Below, in pieces: positions 13,927 through 26,404 of a DNA stretch of 64,000 nt. The stretch lies in the NCBI RefSeq assembly GCF_035594765.1, contig NC_085842.1:20126782-20190781 (forward strand). The letters are read 5' to 3'. The translations under genes and the position numbers were made by a program. This DNA comes from Anolis carolinensis. Taxonomy: Eukaryota. The notes beneath the pieces were generated by a model. That model was given only the letters and a program-made list of their open reading frames with translations, had not been told where the DNA came from and did not search any database. The first letter of the stretch is position 1. The number at the start of each line of letters is the position of its first letter.

Positions 13927-14041
13927 CCTAACATATGCAGTCATGCCAGCCACATGACCTTGGCGGTGTCTACGGACAACGCCGGCTCTTCGGCTTAGAA
14001 ATGGTCACAACTGGACTTAACGTCAGGGGAAAACCTTTACC
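13927..14041 (+). mobile_element. 5'-truncated Sauria SINE
   Basis: GGACAACGCCGGCTCTTCGGCTTAGAAATGG core, ACCTTT tail, 10-bp TSD TATGTTCAGC (13917-13926 / 14042-14051). Confidence 0.85.
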
Positions 14042-14765
14042 TATGTTCAGCTTTATAGCCTTTGCCAATATATTAGGAAGCCTTCATTTGGAGGTCTCCA
14101 TTTTGTTTAGACTTTATGTCGGGCTTCATGCCTTGGGCTGTTGTTGCCTCAGCCTGGGGCCATTCTGAAAGAGGCCACGCGGACTTCCTCTGTATCTGAG
14201 AGGCCTTCCAGCTTCCACCTGGTCAGGCTCATAGCCTAATAAACTAGAAGGCATCCGATCTGGTCTATTCTTGAAGCTGTGCAGTCATACTCTCTTGGCC
14301 TCAGAGAAAGACATGGAGACACTCTTGTAAGTATAAACCTTCATTATGTAGCTGACTGCCTGGTTCAGGGTGGGTATCCTAGCTGTGGCCTTCAGGCTTG
14401 TATTATCACCTCGTACTAGGACACATGTTGGGTTCTTCTTGGAAGAGGCTGTTTGGATTGCTGCCATGTGGGGTGACATTTTCTACAGAGTTTGAGAGGA
14501 GGTGCCAGGTCCTGCTTGCTCAGGCTCATAGTCTAGTCCCCTGAAAGGCACAGAAGTTAAGCAGTCACATTCTCTCAGCCATACACACTCAGATTAAATA
14601 TAAATATTTATTACCATATTACTTATATTCATTATGGTGAGTATCCTGGCAGTGCCTTTTAGGGCTGTGTTTTTGTCTTATGCCAAGCCTCATTCGTTTG
14701 GTGGATTTTAATCCCAAAAAAAACTCCATAAGAAAAATGTATACACTTTATGTTGTTTCCAGGTA

Positions 14766-15088
14766 CAGTAGAGTCTCACTTATCCAACATAAACGGGCCG
14801 GCAGAACATTGGATAAGCAAATATGTTGGATAGTAAGGAGGGATTAAGGAAAAGCCTATTAAACATCAAATTAGGTTATGATTTTACAAATTAAGCAGCA
14901 AAACATCATGTTATACAACAAATTTGACAGAAAAAGTAGTTAAATATGTAGTAATGTTATGTAGTACTTACTGTATTTACGAATTTAGCACCAAAATATC
15001 ACGATGTATTGAAAACATTGACTACAAAAATGCATTGGATAATCCAGAACGTTGGATAAGCGAGTGTTGGATAAGTGAGACTCTACTG
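14766..15088. mobile_element. Complete Tc1/mariner-superfamily MITE
   Basis: TIRs CAGTAGAGTCTCACTTATCCAAC / GTTGGATAAGTGAGACTCTACTG flanked by TA. Confidence 0.9.
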
Positions 15089-15187
15089 TATATAACAAGT
15101 GTGATAATTTGTGCTTGCTTTAAAAGTTTAGGTACCAAATTAAAGATATTTTATGTAGCTTCTAAAAATTTGATTTTTTTTTTCATG

Positions 15188-15297
15188 TCAGTCGCTTCTG
15201 GTGTGAGAGAATTGGCCGTCTGCAAGGACGTTGCCCAGGGGACGCCCAGATGTTTTGATGTTTTTACCATCCTTGTGGGAGGCTTTTCTCATGTCCC
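15188..15297 (-). mobile_element. Probable SINE fragment
   Basis: GC-richer island in AT-rich DNA that resembles a recalled Anolis SINE 3' part; head missing. Confidence 0.35.
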
Positions 15298-15756
15298 TAA
15301 AATATATATATAATAAATATTTGTCATTGATTTTTAGATATGCCAATTTAAAATGTGTGTGTGTATAGGTCATTCTGAACTCTTAAATGTTTGAAAACAT
15401 ACATAAGACACACAATGGGGCAAGAAAGACTGACTGGGCTTTCACTCTTGAGTCTCAAGTTTATCATTGGAGCCAGATTTCTGTCAAAATGTATTGACAC
15501 AGTTTTCAAGTGTTTCCAACAGATGTGATATACATGACTATACATTACCAATTAACACTCATTTTCAGTTATTTTAAAACTTAAAACTGTGTAACTAAAA
15601 TTGAAAATTGATTTAAATAAGTTTATATAAAAGTATAGAATGAACCATACTATTTAAATTATTTTGTGTTATGGAATTACTTTTATGGTTCACTAAAATA
15701 AGTGTCAAACCCACCCACCCCTGAAATTTATTTCTGGTACAGCCCTGCATCTATAG

Positions 15757-15891
15757 CAATGGTTCTCAACCTCTGAGTCCCCAGATGTTTTGGTCTACAA
15801 CTCACAGAAATCCTAGCCAGTTTACCAGCCATTAGGATTTCTGGGAGTTGAAGGCCAAAACATCCGGGGACCCACAGGTTGAGAACCACTG
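15757..15891. mobile_element. hAT (Charlie-type) MITE
   Basis: TIRs CAATGGTTCTCAACC / GGTTGAGAACCACTG; 8-bp TSD ATCTATAG (15749-15756 / 15892-15899). Confidence 0.9.
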
Positions 15892-15914
15892 ATCTATAGA
15901 AAAGCAGTTGCAAC

Positions 15915-16366
15915 TCTCCTGCTCTTTCTCATCCTGCTCCCAAAGGAGGAGGGGGTAATATTTCTCATTAGACCAGCCTTTCCTTCCCTTTCCTTCCTCT
16001 GTCTTCGTTCACGTTCATCCCTCCAGTTTCTTCCATCTAAATCCTCTGAGGATGCCTGCCATAGATGTGGGTGAAACGTCAGGAGAGAATGCTTCTGCAA
16101 CATGGCCACACAGCCCGTAAAACTCACAGCAACTCAGTAATTCCGGCCATGAAAGTCTTCAACAACACATTAAATCCAAGAACTTCGGCTCAGATGTTTC
16201 TCCTTTTCCTCCAAAGAAAGAAAAGCAAAAGGCACGAGGTTCCCAAGAAGCCGCTTTTGTAGAAGAAGCCGAACCAGGAAGAGGAAGACACACTCCAAAA
16301 CAAAACACTGTAGGAAGTCCTCTCTAGCCACCTGTATTTTGAGACCTTGGAAGTTTGCCTTCAAGC
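15915..16366 (-). repeat. Inverted duplicate of the gene A promoter/first-exon region
   Basis: Reverse complement matches ~16462-16772 (compare ORF-track translations 16170-16364 minus and 16463-16834 plus). Confidence 0.8.
16045..16170 (+). mobile_element. Penelope-like 3' fragment with hammerhead ribozyme core
   Basis: TSD-like TAAATCC (16038-16044 / 16171-16177); CTGAGGA...GAAACGTC core. Confidence 0.7.
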
Positions 16367-16930
16367 AGGAATTCCGAGAATTCCGAGAATTCCTGCTCCT
16401 TTTTCAAGGAAGCGGAGGCTTCTGGGAGTTGAAGTCCAAAAGGCTGGAGGACCAAAGGCTGTTTGAAGGCAAACCTTCGAGATCTGGAACTACAGCTGGC
16501 TAGAGAGGACTTCCGGCAGTGTTTGTTTTCAAGGATGTGGCCTGTGTCGTCCCCTTCCTGGTTCGGCTTCTCCTCCCAAAGCGGCTTCTTGGGAAACTTG
16601 TGCCTTTTGCTTTTCTGTCTTGGAGGTTTTGGAAGAAAAGGAGAAACACCTGAGGCGGAGTTCTTGGATTTAAAGGGAAGAAACTGGAGGGAGGAAGGTG
16701 AGGGAAGGAAGGCCTGGTCTGATGGGAAATGTTTCATCTCTTTTGGGAGCAGGATGAAGAAGAGCAGGAGGGCGGCAAGGGGAGTGTTGTGGGGTTCATC
16801 TCCACTGGAGAAGGAATGCACTTCACACCCCTGACTCTTCCCTGGCTCCATGCAGGGGATGCTGGGAATTGCAGTTTTCCAAGGTCTTTCCCTTCTCTGC
16901 CTCCTCAAACTACAGCTGCCCAGATCCTAT
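16364..16930 (+). promoter_or_regulatory. Putative promoter and non-coding first exon of gene A
   Basis: CpG-richer than flanks; ZNF143/SBS-like motifs (GGACTTCAACTCCCAGAAG and AAACTGCAATTCCCAGCATCC on the minus strand); donor AAG|GTGAGG at 16697/16698. Repeated upstream of each gene. Confidence 0.6.
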
Positions 16931-17148
16931 AGCATTGAGACTGGCAGTTGAAAGGCGTAGCAAACTGCATTCATTCGGCAGTGGAGATATACCCACAGTT
17001 TTTGTGACCAGTTTCATTTCATTTTAAAATGTTCTTTTTGCCTGTTTTTAGTTGTCTGGCTTTTTCAAGTTGTGTCCCAATTATGGGAGGAAAAGAGGGA
17101 TAATAAGTACACAAACAGAAAAGTGGATGTATTTGTCATCATTTGTCA

Positions 17149-17370
17149 CCCGGGCTGTGGCGCAGGCAGGAGAGCAAGCCAGCAGCAATTAACTGCAGTG
17201 AATCACTCTGACCAGGAGGTCATGAGTTCGAGGCTGCTCGGAGCCTATGTTTGTTTGTCTTTGTTTTATGTTAAAAGGCATTGAATGTTTGCCTATATGT
17301 GTAATGTGATCCACCCTGAGTCCCCTTCGGGGTGAGAAGGGCGGAATATAAATACTGTAAATAAATAAAC
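17149..17370 (+). mobile_element. Anolis SINE2-type SINE, short variant
   Basis: Head, B-box and (TAAA)n tail. Confidence 0.75.
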
Positions 17371-17915
17371 AAATGAATTAGACATCAGGACTAGAGCTGA
17401 TGGGAGTTGAGATACAGTAACAGCTGGAAGGCTGCTGTTTGCTCAGTTTAGTCAGGATAATTGGGTTGGATTTAGCGAGAAGGCTTGTTGATATGATGAC
17501 TGGCGTTACAATTCCCTGTAATCTTTTCCAAACCTCAGAGCCATAAATGCTCTTGGGCTTCTATTCCTACTGAGTGGTCAGTTTTGTCATTCAATAACAT
17601 CTGGGGACCCAAACTAGATAAAAACTAAAGAGCAACTGATGCTCTGTAAAATAATTATGACAGCCCCTCTGTTTCCACAGATTCTCCATCCATGGTCCAA
17701 TGGCCCTTTAAAAGTAACCATAAGGCTGGTATGGCCTTTGATTAAAATGGGCTTGACACTCCTGGTCACTTGATTTTGTAGCTCTTCCTCTTTAAAATGT
17801 GTATGTTGTGTAATCTTTTTTTCTTCCAGTTATCCAGATAAAAATCTCCACGTGGATGTTTAGACGGCTGCAGTATACTCTAGCATTCCTCACCATTTAA
17901 GGTTACTATCCAAGG

Positions 17916-18647
17916 ATGGAAATGGAGACCCGAGAAGATGTTACAAGTCTTATACAAGGGCAGTTGTCACAGGAAGTGAGAGGGAGTTGTCATTTTGGGA
18001 TGACAGAGGGATTCCTGCCAAGGAGACCAATGGAGGTGAAACAGGAGCCTGACAAAGACTCGCTTCAGCAGTGGGAAACCCAATGGCAGGAGTTCCTGAA
18101 GAGCCTGGAAGGCCCTCACCCAAACTGGGGCACCTCTCAGTCGAGGGAGGAGCCGTGGGACGACGCCAAAGCCTTCCTGACCTCCTTTGAGCAAGTGGCT
18201 CAAGCCTGCCGGTGGCCCAAGGAAGAGTGGGTGCCCCGGCTTCTGCCAGCATTGAGCGGAGAGGCCAAGCGGGCCTTCACCAGCCTGGAGGCCGAAGACA
18301 GAGAGGATTATGGGAAAGTAAAGGCTGCAATCTTGCACAGGAACAGCATGCAGCGGGAAGAGCAGAGGCAATGTTTCCAGCCTTCAGCTGAAAGACATTC
18401 GAAGAAGCAGATTCTGGAGCTGCTTGTCTTGGAGCAATTTTTGGCCGTCCTGCCTCCAGAGATAGAAGCCTGGGTCAAGGAATGTGGTCCAGAGACCTGC
18501 TCCCAGGCGGTGGCCTTAGCGGAGGACTTTCTTCAGAGGCAGCGAGAGGCCAGGAGGCAGGCAAACCAGGTGAGGAATGTTTATTGGGTTCCAGGTTTCC
18601 CAAAGGCCTGCTTTGTGCAAGGTGCCAGCAGATCCCCTTCATTTATC

Positions 18648-18690
<43 letters not shown>

Positions 18691-21393
18691 TTATCCTTAT
18701 ATCCCGCCCCATCTCCCCGAGGGGACTCGGGGCGGCTCACAACAATAATAAAAACAGTGACAAATTACACATTGTCAAGCCAGGGCAGCAGTGTGTTTAG
18801 GTCTGGAGTAAGTAAAAAGTTGCCTTTATGAGGCTATTTTAAGCCTTCTGTCTCCCAGCATCCCTTCTGCCACAATGGTTAACCCTCGGTTTACATTTTG
18901 GTTTTAAAAAGACCTCTTTTGTGCCGGAAACAGCCATGGAAGAAGAAAAATATGGCAAAATTGCATCACAAATTCCCATAAGGAGATGAGGGATACTGAG
19001 ATTTTAAGAAAAAGTTGAAATACGGAGAGGCTGAGGAGTGCCCTACAAAGAGAAAACACAGCCCCCATCACATTCCCAGGCAGTAGGTTTAATGCTGGAT
19101 TGTGATTTGCAAGATGTTGCTTCAAGTCCGTTCTGGACTAAAAATGCATTCTGTGACCATGGGGCAGTCATTTTTTCCGGTCATGACCTACCTCACAAAT
19201 ACTTTGAGGACTTTGCAAAACAGAGGAAAGCTGTATACGTGAGATATACATTTGGCTAACATCTGATAAATATTTAAGGTGCTGTTAGAAGAGGAGGAGA
19301 ATGAAGGTGGCCAAACCATGCATGAGATTGAGCAGAAGAAGCTTATTGTGGAGATCAAACAGGAAGATGACGGCGGGGATGCTGGACTCTTGGGTGAGAA
19401 AAATTAGCTGTTTGTGTCCTTGGATGTTGGGGACTGTTCTTCCTAGACTAAGCACAGAACTGTGGCTGCTTCTCCCCCTGAGTAGGGCCTTCCCTTCTTC
19501 TTTTGGATAGTCTAAGCCCAAGGATCTGCTAGGTACATGGGGTTCCCAGCTCCTGTAATGCTTTTTCAGAAGGGATTGAAAGTTGTAGTATCTAACAGAC
19601 CAAAGATTCTCCTCCTCTGGGTTAAGTTAAGGGACTGCATGGGCAGATCCCTGGCCTGAAAATCCTCATCATCTCTGGTCAGTCCTCACCTGGTTTATTG
19701 TATCCAGTTCTGGCCATCAAAGTTCAAAAACATCCAGGAAAACATACCATAGAATCACAGTGTAAGATGTAGAAAATGCCTAATGAGAGATTTTCCCTTA
19801 ATTATAAGTAAATTATAATTCAAATCCTGGGAGTGGAATGAGCACCCGCTGTTAGCCCCAGCTCCTGCCAACCTAGCAGTTCGAAAACATGCAAATGTGA
19901 GTAGATCAATAGCTACCGCTCCGGCGGGAAGGTAACGGCGCTCCATGCAGTCATGCTGGCCACATACCCTTGGAGGTGTCTACGGACAACGCCGGCTCTT
20001 CGGCTTAGAAATGGAGATGAGCACCAACCCCCAGAGTTGGTCACGACTGGACTTAACGTCAGGGGAAAACCTTTACCTTTACCTATAAGTAAATGAAATC
20101 AGACCCCTGAGTTCCGGAGGAAGATTCAGAAACCTTCTCATACTATGTAATTTTCATTGGTTAGTGAAAAGAAAGAAATATGAGACAATCCTAACTTCGC
20201 CAGGGAAGAATTTCCAAAAACCTGGGAGCCACCACTCTGTGTTTTTGCCCTTAAACTTTCCTGGTGGTATTGTGAGAATGAGTCTTAATTTTCCTTATCC
20301 TTTATTTCCAGCAGGTGATGAATGGAAAGGTGAGAATAAGGGGCAACTAGGTGATGATTCCTCAGAAAGAACAGAGTGTGAAGCATTGAAGCAGCATATG
20401 TGGAGCCAAGTTGGCCTAGCGAGTCAATATGGAAGCCTCTTGGAAGCCAAATCCTTCCCATTTCAGGAGGGAGGTTTTCAGACAATCTCAGTACAACAGG
20501 AAAGTGAGAAAGAAAAAAAGAGAATTGCTTTTCCCTGTGAGAACGAAACAGATGTAATGTTTGCAAAAACTTTCCATCAGAGTGGAAACCTCACTGAATG
20601 CGAAACGCTTTATGAAGGGATGAGTTCCAACATATACCTGAATCAAAGTATTTCTGCAGATGAGAGACAGTATATGAATTTGGATATCAGTAAGATGAAG
20701 CTTTCAAGGATCCAAAAGGAGAAGGTTTATAAATGTTTGGAGTGTGGGAAATGCTTTGGTTGTAAGACCCACCTCTCGACACACCAGGTAATCCACACTG
20801 GGGAGAAGCCGTATCAGTGTTTGGAGTGTGGGAAATGCTTTGCTTGGAAGACCCACCTCTCGAGACACCAGATAATCCACACTGGGGAGAAGCCGTATCA
20901 GTGCTTGGAGTGTGGGAAATGCTTTGGTCAGATTGCCTATCTCAAGTCACACCAGATAATCCACACTGGGGAGAAGCCATACCAATGCTCCGAATGTGGG
21001 AAAAGCTTCAACTCCAGCACCCACTTGCTTAGACATCAGAAGATTCACCAGGGAGAGAAGCCATACCATTGCCCGGATTGCAGCAAAAGTTTCGCTGATG
21101 AGTTGAGCTTCATGAAGCACCAAAGAGTGCACATGGGGGAGACGCCCTATAAATGTACAGAGTGCGGAAAGGGTTTCAGCCACCCAAGAAACCTTAGAAC
21201 TCATCAACGGATACACACGGGAGAGAAGCCATATACTTGCCCCGAATGTGGCAAAAGTTTCACAGCTGAGTCCACCCTCATCAGACATAAGAGAATCCAC
21301 ACCGGAGAGAAACCATACATTTGTTCAGAGTGCGGAAAGAGCTTCAGTCAAAGTAACAGCCTGACTTTACATCAGAGAATCCATGCCAAGTGA
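17916..21393 (+). CDS. Gene A: extended-SCAN + 8 C2H2 zinc-finger protein (ZSCAN-like, ~615 aa)
   Basis: Exons 17916-18569, 19279-19393 and 20315-21393 (NAGNAG alternative start 20312); GT-AG introns, phases 0 and 1, frame intact. SCAN motif [16 protein letters not shown]...[14 protein letters not shown] at 21834 and 21963. Confidence 0.85.
18648..18775 (-). mobile_element. (AAT)n microsatellite plus short L2-like 3' end in gene A intron
   Basis: Absent at the homologous site in genes B-E; GAGCCGCCCCGAGTCCCC motif on the minus strand. Confidence 0.6.
19814..20083 (+). mobile_element. Sauria SINE, 5'-truncated
   Basis: Diagnostic core, (ACCTTT)n tail, 11-bp TSD TATAAGTAAAT (19803-19813 / 20084-20094). 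Confidence 0.9.
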
Positions 21394-22194
21394 AGCTGCC
21401 ACACAAAAATCAGCTGTGTTAGTTTTTCCCCCCAATCCAAAGAACAGTCTAGTGGCAGTTCACACTAGGACTGCCAAAAGTCAGAAGCAATTTGAGGGAA
21501 TACAACAATTTAAAAAATACTAATTAATTGTACAAGAGGAGGAGGGGGAAGACTAGGACACTTTAACCCATTGGAACGCTGGCTAATGTAATTGCATCTT
21601 AATTGCTTTTAGGATATGTGTTGTAATGTTGTGCTCATGTTTTAGTTGACTATGTCTTATTGGATTATTTTTTATTATTTTCATCCCCATGCTTAATTTT
21701 TTGTTGCAAGTTTACTATTGTTACTGTGCATTATCTTGTATAATTTTGATGTGTTGGTCCTCATTTGAGGCACTGAATGTCTTCCTTTTTGCTTTGTGCC
21801 TGTAAACAACCTGGAGAGAGAGGGTGGTCTAGAAATAAAGTTTTTAAATTATTATTATATTAAAGTATCCATACATGCAAAGATACTTTGTTTTAATTTG
21901 TGGTAAAATGCCTTGGGTCCCTGAATTCTGTAGGCCTAAAGGCTGTGGATCTTCCTTGAATTAATAAATGTTATTACGGCATTGGACCAGGGCTTTGGAA
22001 GGTGAAAATATCAAAATCAGAGGTTCTTACAACATTCTAAACAAAGGTTCAAAATATTTAAAGCAGAGAGTTTAGGATATGCTACCATCGCATTTGGCTT
22101 CATGTAGGACACTTTAATCTGTGAATATAGATATTAAAATGCATTATCCACTAAAATCATTTCCAATCTAACTCCTTAATTTTATAGTTGTCGC

Positions 22195-22392
22195 ACAACG
22201 CTCTCTAATCCTGGGAGCTATGCTAGTTAATGCTTGGATGGGCGATGTACAACTAATCCCTCGTGCCGGAGGCTATGTAGTCCTTCAGAGGAAAGAAGTA
22301 GCCAAACCGCCCCAAGTATGTCCTGCCAAAGGAAACTACAAAATGACTGAGGCCAGCATAAGTTGACAGGTGATCTGAATGCACATTCACAT
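22195..22392 (+). mobile_element. Old 5S rRNA-derived SINE
   Basis: Degenerate GGGAGCTA...CTTGGATGGG boxes, plus the same tail as the copies near 32640. Confidence 0.5.
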
Positions 22393-22523
22393 ACAAGTGC
22401 AGACTTGACAAGTAGTTGTTGATGATAATAATAATCCTTTATATATACCGCTCTATTTCCTCAAGAGGACTCAAGAGGTGGTTTCCAACATGTGTGCCAA
22501 AAATCAGTCAATAGTCAAAACAT

Positions 22524-23628
22524 CAAACAAGCTAGTCAAATGTGGGCTAGACAGAACTATGGTTAGGTGGATCTGTAATTGGCTAAGCGAATGAACCCAA
22601 AGGGTGATTCTCCCCAATGCTTCCTCTTCATGGTGGAAAGAAGTGACAAGTGGAGTGCCATAAGCAGGGTTCCGCCCTGGGCCCGGTTCTGTTCAACTTC
22701 TTTATTAACGACTTAGACGAAGGGCTAGAAGGCAGGATCATCAAGTTTGCAGACGACACCAAACTGGGCAGGAGAGCTAACACTCCAGAAGACAAGAGCA
22801 GAATTCAAAACAATATTAACAGATTAGAGAGATGGGCTGAAACTAACAAAATGAAGTTCAACAGGGACAAATGCAAGAGACTCCACTTAGGCAGAAAAAA
22901 TAAATGCAAAGATACAGAATGGGGGATGCCTGGCTCAACAACAGTACATGTGAAAAAGATCTTGGAGTCCTAATGGACAACAAGTTGAACATGAGCCAAC
23001 AATGTGATGCTGCGGTGAAAAAACCCAATGGGATGTTGGCCTGCATACATAGGGGTATAGCATCTAGATCCAGGGAAGTCATGCTCCCCCTCTATTCTGC
23101 CTTGGTCAGACCACACCTGGAATCACACTGTGTCCAATTCTGGGCACTGCAACTGAAGGGAGATGTTGACAAGCTGGACAGTGTCTAGAGGAGGGCGACT
23201 AAAAGGATCAAGGGTCTGGAGAACAAACCTTATGAGGAGCGGCTTAAAGAGCTGGGTATGTTTAGCCTGCAGAAGAGAAGGCTAAGAGGAGACATGATAG
23301 CCATGTACAAATAAGTGAGGGAAAGTCATAGGGAGGAGGGAGCAAGCTTCCTTTCTGCTGCCCTGGAGACTAGGACGTGGAACAATGGCTTCAAACTACA
23401 GGAAAGGAGATTCCACCTGAACATGAGGAAGAACTTCCTCACTGTGAGAGCTATTTGGCAGTGGAACTCTCTGCCCCGGAGTGTGGTGGAGGCTCCTTCC
23501 TTGGAGGCTTTTAAGCAGAGGCAGGATGGCCATCTGTCGGGGGTGCTTTGAATGAGATTTTCCTGCTGCTTGCAGGGGGTTGGACTGGATGGCCCACGAG
23601 GATGCTTCCAACTCTATGATTCTATGAT
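22524..23628 (+). mobile_element. 5'-truncated CR1 (frameshifted RT C-terminus), nested in an antisense L2-like fragment (~22420-23990)
   Basis: FADD-containing fragments similar to ORF2 at 8359-9380; TTCTATGA tail. Confidence 0.9.
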
Positions 23629-23989
23629 CACACAGCAGCATGGACATAACAAACATAGTAAAAACAACATAAGACAACAGTAAAAACAGTTCAATTAAAA
23701 TGGACACAGTTACAGTTCCAATCAGTATATTCCATCAAGGAGCCAAATACCAGTAATCAGGGCTGTGAGTTAGACATAGTCAATTATAAGGGATAGATAA
23801 AGACTTGTACATCAGTGTATCATAAGGCCTGGGGGTGAATAGGGTGCAGAGCAGGGTCAGCATGTTAAACAATTGAACTCCTCTTGCTCAAAGACTTGCA
23901 GGAACCACCAGATGTGATCACGGAGACAGGCAGGGCCGGAGCCGTATAGGGCTTTATAGGTCAAAACCTGCACCTTGAATTGGGCCTGG

Positions 23990-24400
23990 TATTTATTTAT
24001 TTATGGTATTTATATTCCGCCCTCCTCACCCTGAAGGGGACTCAGAGCGGATCACAATGTACACATACAAGGCAAACATTCAATGCCATATGAACATAGA
24101 GACAGAGACAGAGGCAATTTTACCTCCTCCAGCCTCCTGAGGGTATGCTAAATTCCAGCCACTGGGAACAGCTGGTTCATCATCCACTGTGTTGCTGAGT
24201 CCTTGGATACTTCCTTATTCCAAATGCTGCTAGATGATTTTTATGATTTAAATTGATTAAATTAGCCTCCCCACATAAGTGGTACCTACTTGATAGATGC
24301 AACTACCTTTCAGGTTGCTTAGGTCAACAACGAGTAGGGCTATTTTTTATTTTAATGGTTGGGTGCTCACTCCGCCACGGGCTGGCCTCAAACTCATGAC
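23990..24400 (-). mobile_element. Anolis SINE2-type SINE, head cut by the adjacent Helitron
   Basis: Matches 46104-46510; ends abruptly at CTAG 24401. Confidence 0.75.
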
Positions 24401-25565
24401 CTAGCTGTGCCCGGCCACGCGTTGCTGTGGCTTATGCTTTCAGTGTGTTACTCTTTATTTACTGTCCTGATTTTAGAGATTATATTGTTCTGTATTATTA
24501 TATGATAGTAATTACAGTAGAGTCTCACTTATCCAACATAAACGGGCCGGCAGAATGTTGGATAAGCGAATATGTTGGATAATAAGGATGCATTAAGGAA
24601 AAGCCTATTAAACATCAAATAAGGTTATGATTTTACAAATGAAGCACCAAAACATCATGTTAGACAACAAATTTGGCAGAAAAAGTAGTTCAATACACAG
24701 TAATGCTATGTAGTAATTACTGTATTTATGAATTTACGATATTTACGAATTCACGATATATTGAAAGCATTGACTACAAAAATGCGTTGGATAATCCAGA
24801 ACGTTGGATAAGCGAGTCTTGGATAAGTGAGACTCTACTGTAAATACTACATAGCATTACTGCGCATGGAACTACTTTTTCTGTCAAATTTGTTGTATAA
24901 TATGATGTTTTGGTGCTTAATTTGTATAACGATTACCTAATTTGATGTTTAATCGGCTTTTCCTTAATCCCTTCTTATTATCCAACATATTCACTTATCC
25001 TGCCGGCCTGTTTACGTTGGATAAGTGAGACTCTACTGTATATTTCTAATCTTATATTATCTGCTCAGAACTGGATTATCTGAGGCCCCTTCTTCACAGC
25101 TGTATAAAATGCACACTGAAGTGGATTATATGGTAGTGTGGAGTCAAGATAATCCAGTGCAAAGCAGATAATATAAGATTATAAATGGGTTATATAGCTG
25201 TGTGGAAGGGCCTTGAGTCTACACTGCCATATAATCCAGTTCAAATCTGATAATTTTATAGGCAGTGTGAAAGAGGCCTAAGTGAGGCCTAACTCTGCCT
25301 GTCACCTGGGCTGAGTGGCTTGCTAGGAGACCAAGTGGGCGGAGCTTAGCCTTCTAACTGGCAGCAATTGGATAAAAACAATTATTCCTCTCCCTCTAAT
25401 TAGGACTTTATTTTTCTTTTCTTTTTGTTGTATGAACGTAGAGGCATGGATGAGGGGTTGTGATGCCAAGTTTAGTGTTTCTGGGGTGTGTAGTTTTGTC
25501 GTTTTGTCCTAGGCTGAAATTTCATTACCCTTTTATACATATAGATAGATAGATAAATAGATAGA
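24401..25565 (-). mobile_element. Non-autonomous composite Helitron
   Basis: Minus strand begins TCTATCT...ATAAAAG and ends in hairpin GCCACAGCAACGCGTGGC + CTAG. Carries Tc1 MITE 24515-24840 and an inverted partial copy to 25038. Confidence 0.8.
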
Positions 25566-26071
25566 TGAGAACGATGATGTTAACAAAAATAAAAATGAAA
25601 AAAAAATAAATACAGTCATTTAAAAAAACAGTCCTTATTTGCACTTCTCATGGGTAAGATGGAAAAACGACTTTATTAAACATTTATCAGAGGAATTTCT
25701 TCCCCGTAAAGAAAAACATTTCCTCTCAGCTTTAAGCGCCAAGTACTTCCCAAGGCAGTTTGGGAAACGGCCCTTCCAGGCAGTTTGGGACTTCAGTTCC
25801 CAGAATTCCTGCTCCTTATCCAAGGAAGCGGAAGCTTCTGGGAGTTGGTCCTCCAGACCAACGGCGGATTGAAGGCAAAACCATCGAAATCTGGAACTCC
25901 AGGTGGCTAGAGGGGACTTCCTGCAGTGTATTTGTTTTGGGCGGATGTGTCCTGTGTCCTCCTCTTCCTGGTCCGGCTTCTCCTCCAAAAGCGGCTTCTT
26001 GGGAAACTCGTTTCTTTCTCGGAGGTTTTTGGAGGAAAAGGAGAAACGTCTGAGGCGGAGTTCTTGGGTTT

Positions 26072-26404
26072 AAGGTAAAGGTAAAGTTTTCCCTTGACGT
26101 TAAGTCCAGTCATGTTCGACTCTGGGGGTTGGTGCTCATCTCCATTTCTAAGCCGAAGAGCCGGCGTTGTCCGTAGACACCTCCAAGGTCACGTGGCCGG
26201 CATGACTGCATGCAGCGCCGTTACCTTCCCGCCGGAGCGGTACCTATTGATCTACTCACATTGGCATGTTTTCGAACTGCTAGGTTGGCAGGAGCTGGAG
26301 CTAACAGCGGCCACTCATTCCGCTCCCGGGGTTTGAACCTGGGACTGTTTGGTCCGCAAGTTCAGCAGCTCAGCACTTTAACACACTGTGCCATCAGGGG
26401 CCCC
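26072..26404 (-). mobile_element. Full-length Sauria SINE
   Basis: Antisense (ACCTTT)n tail, core and tRNA-like head; unit B only. Confidence 0.9.

Noticed and set aside
14130-14560. Possible old LINE coding remnant
   Set aside because: No motif I could identify with confidence.
20164-20314. ORF-track N-termini of the finger ORFs and C-terminal tails of the SCAN ORFs
   Set aside because: These are intronic read-through beyond the splice sites.
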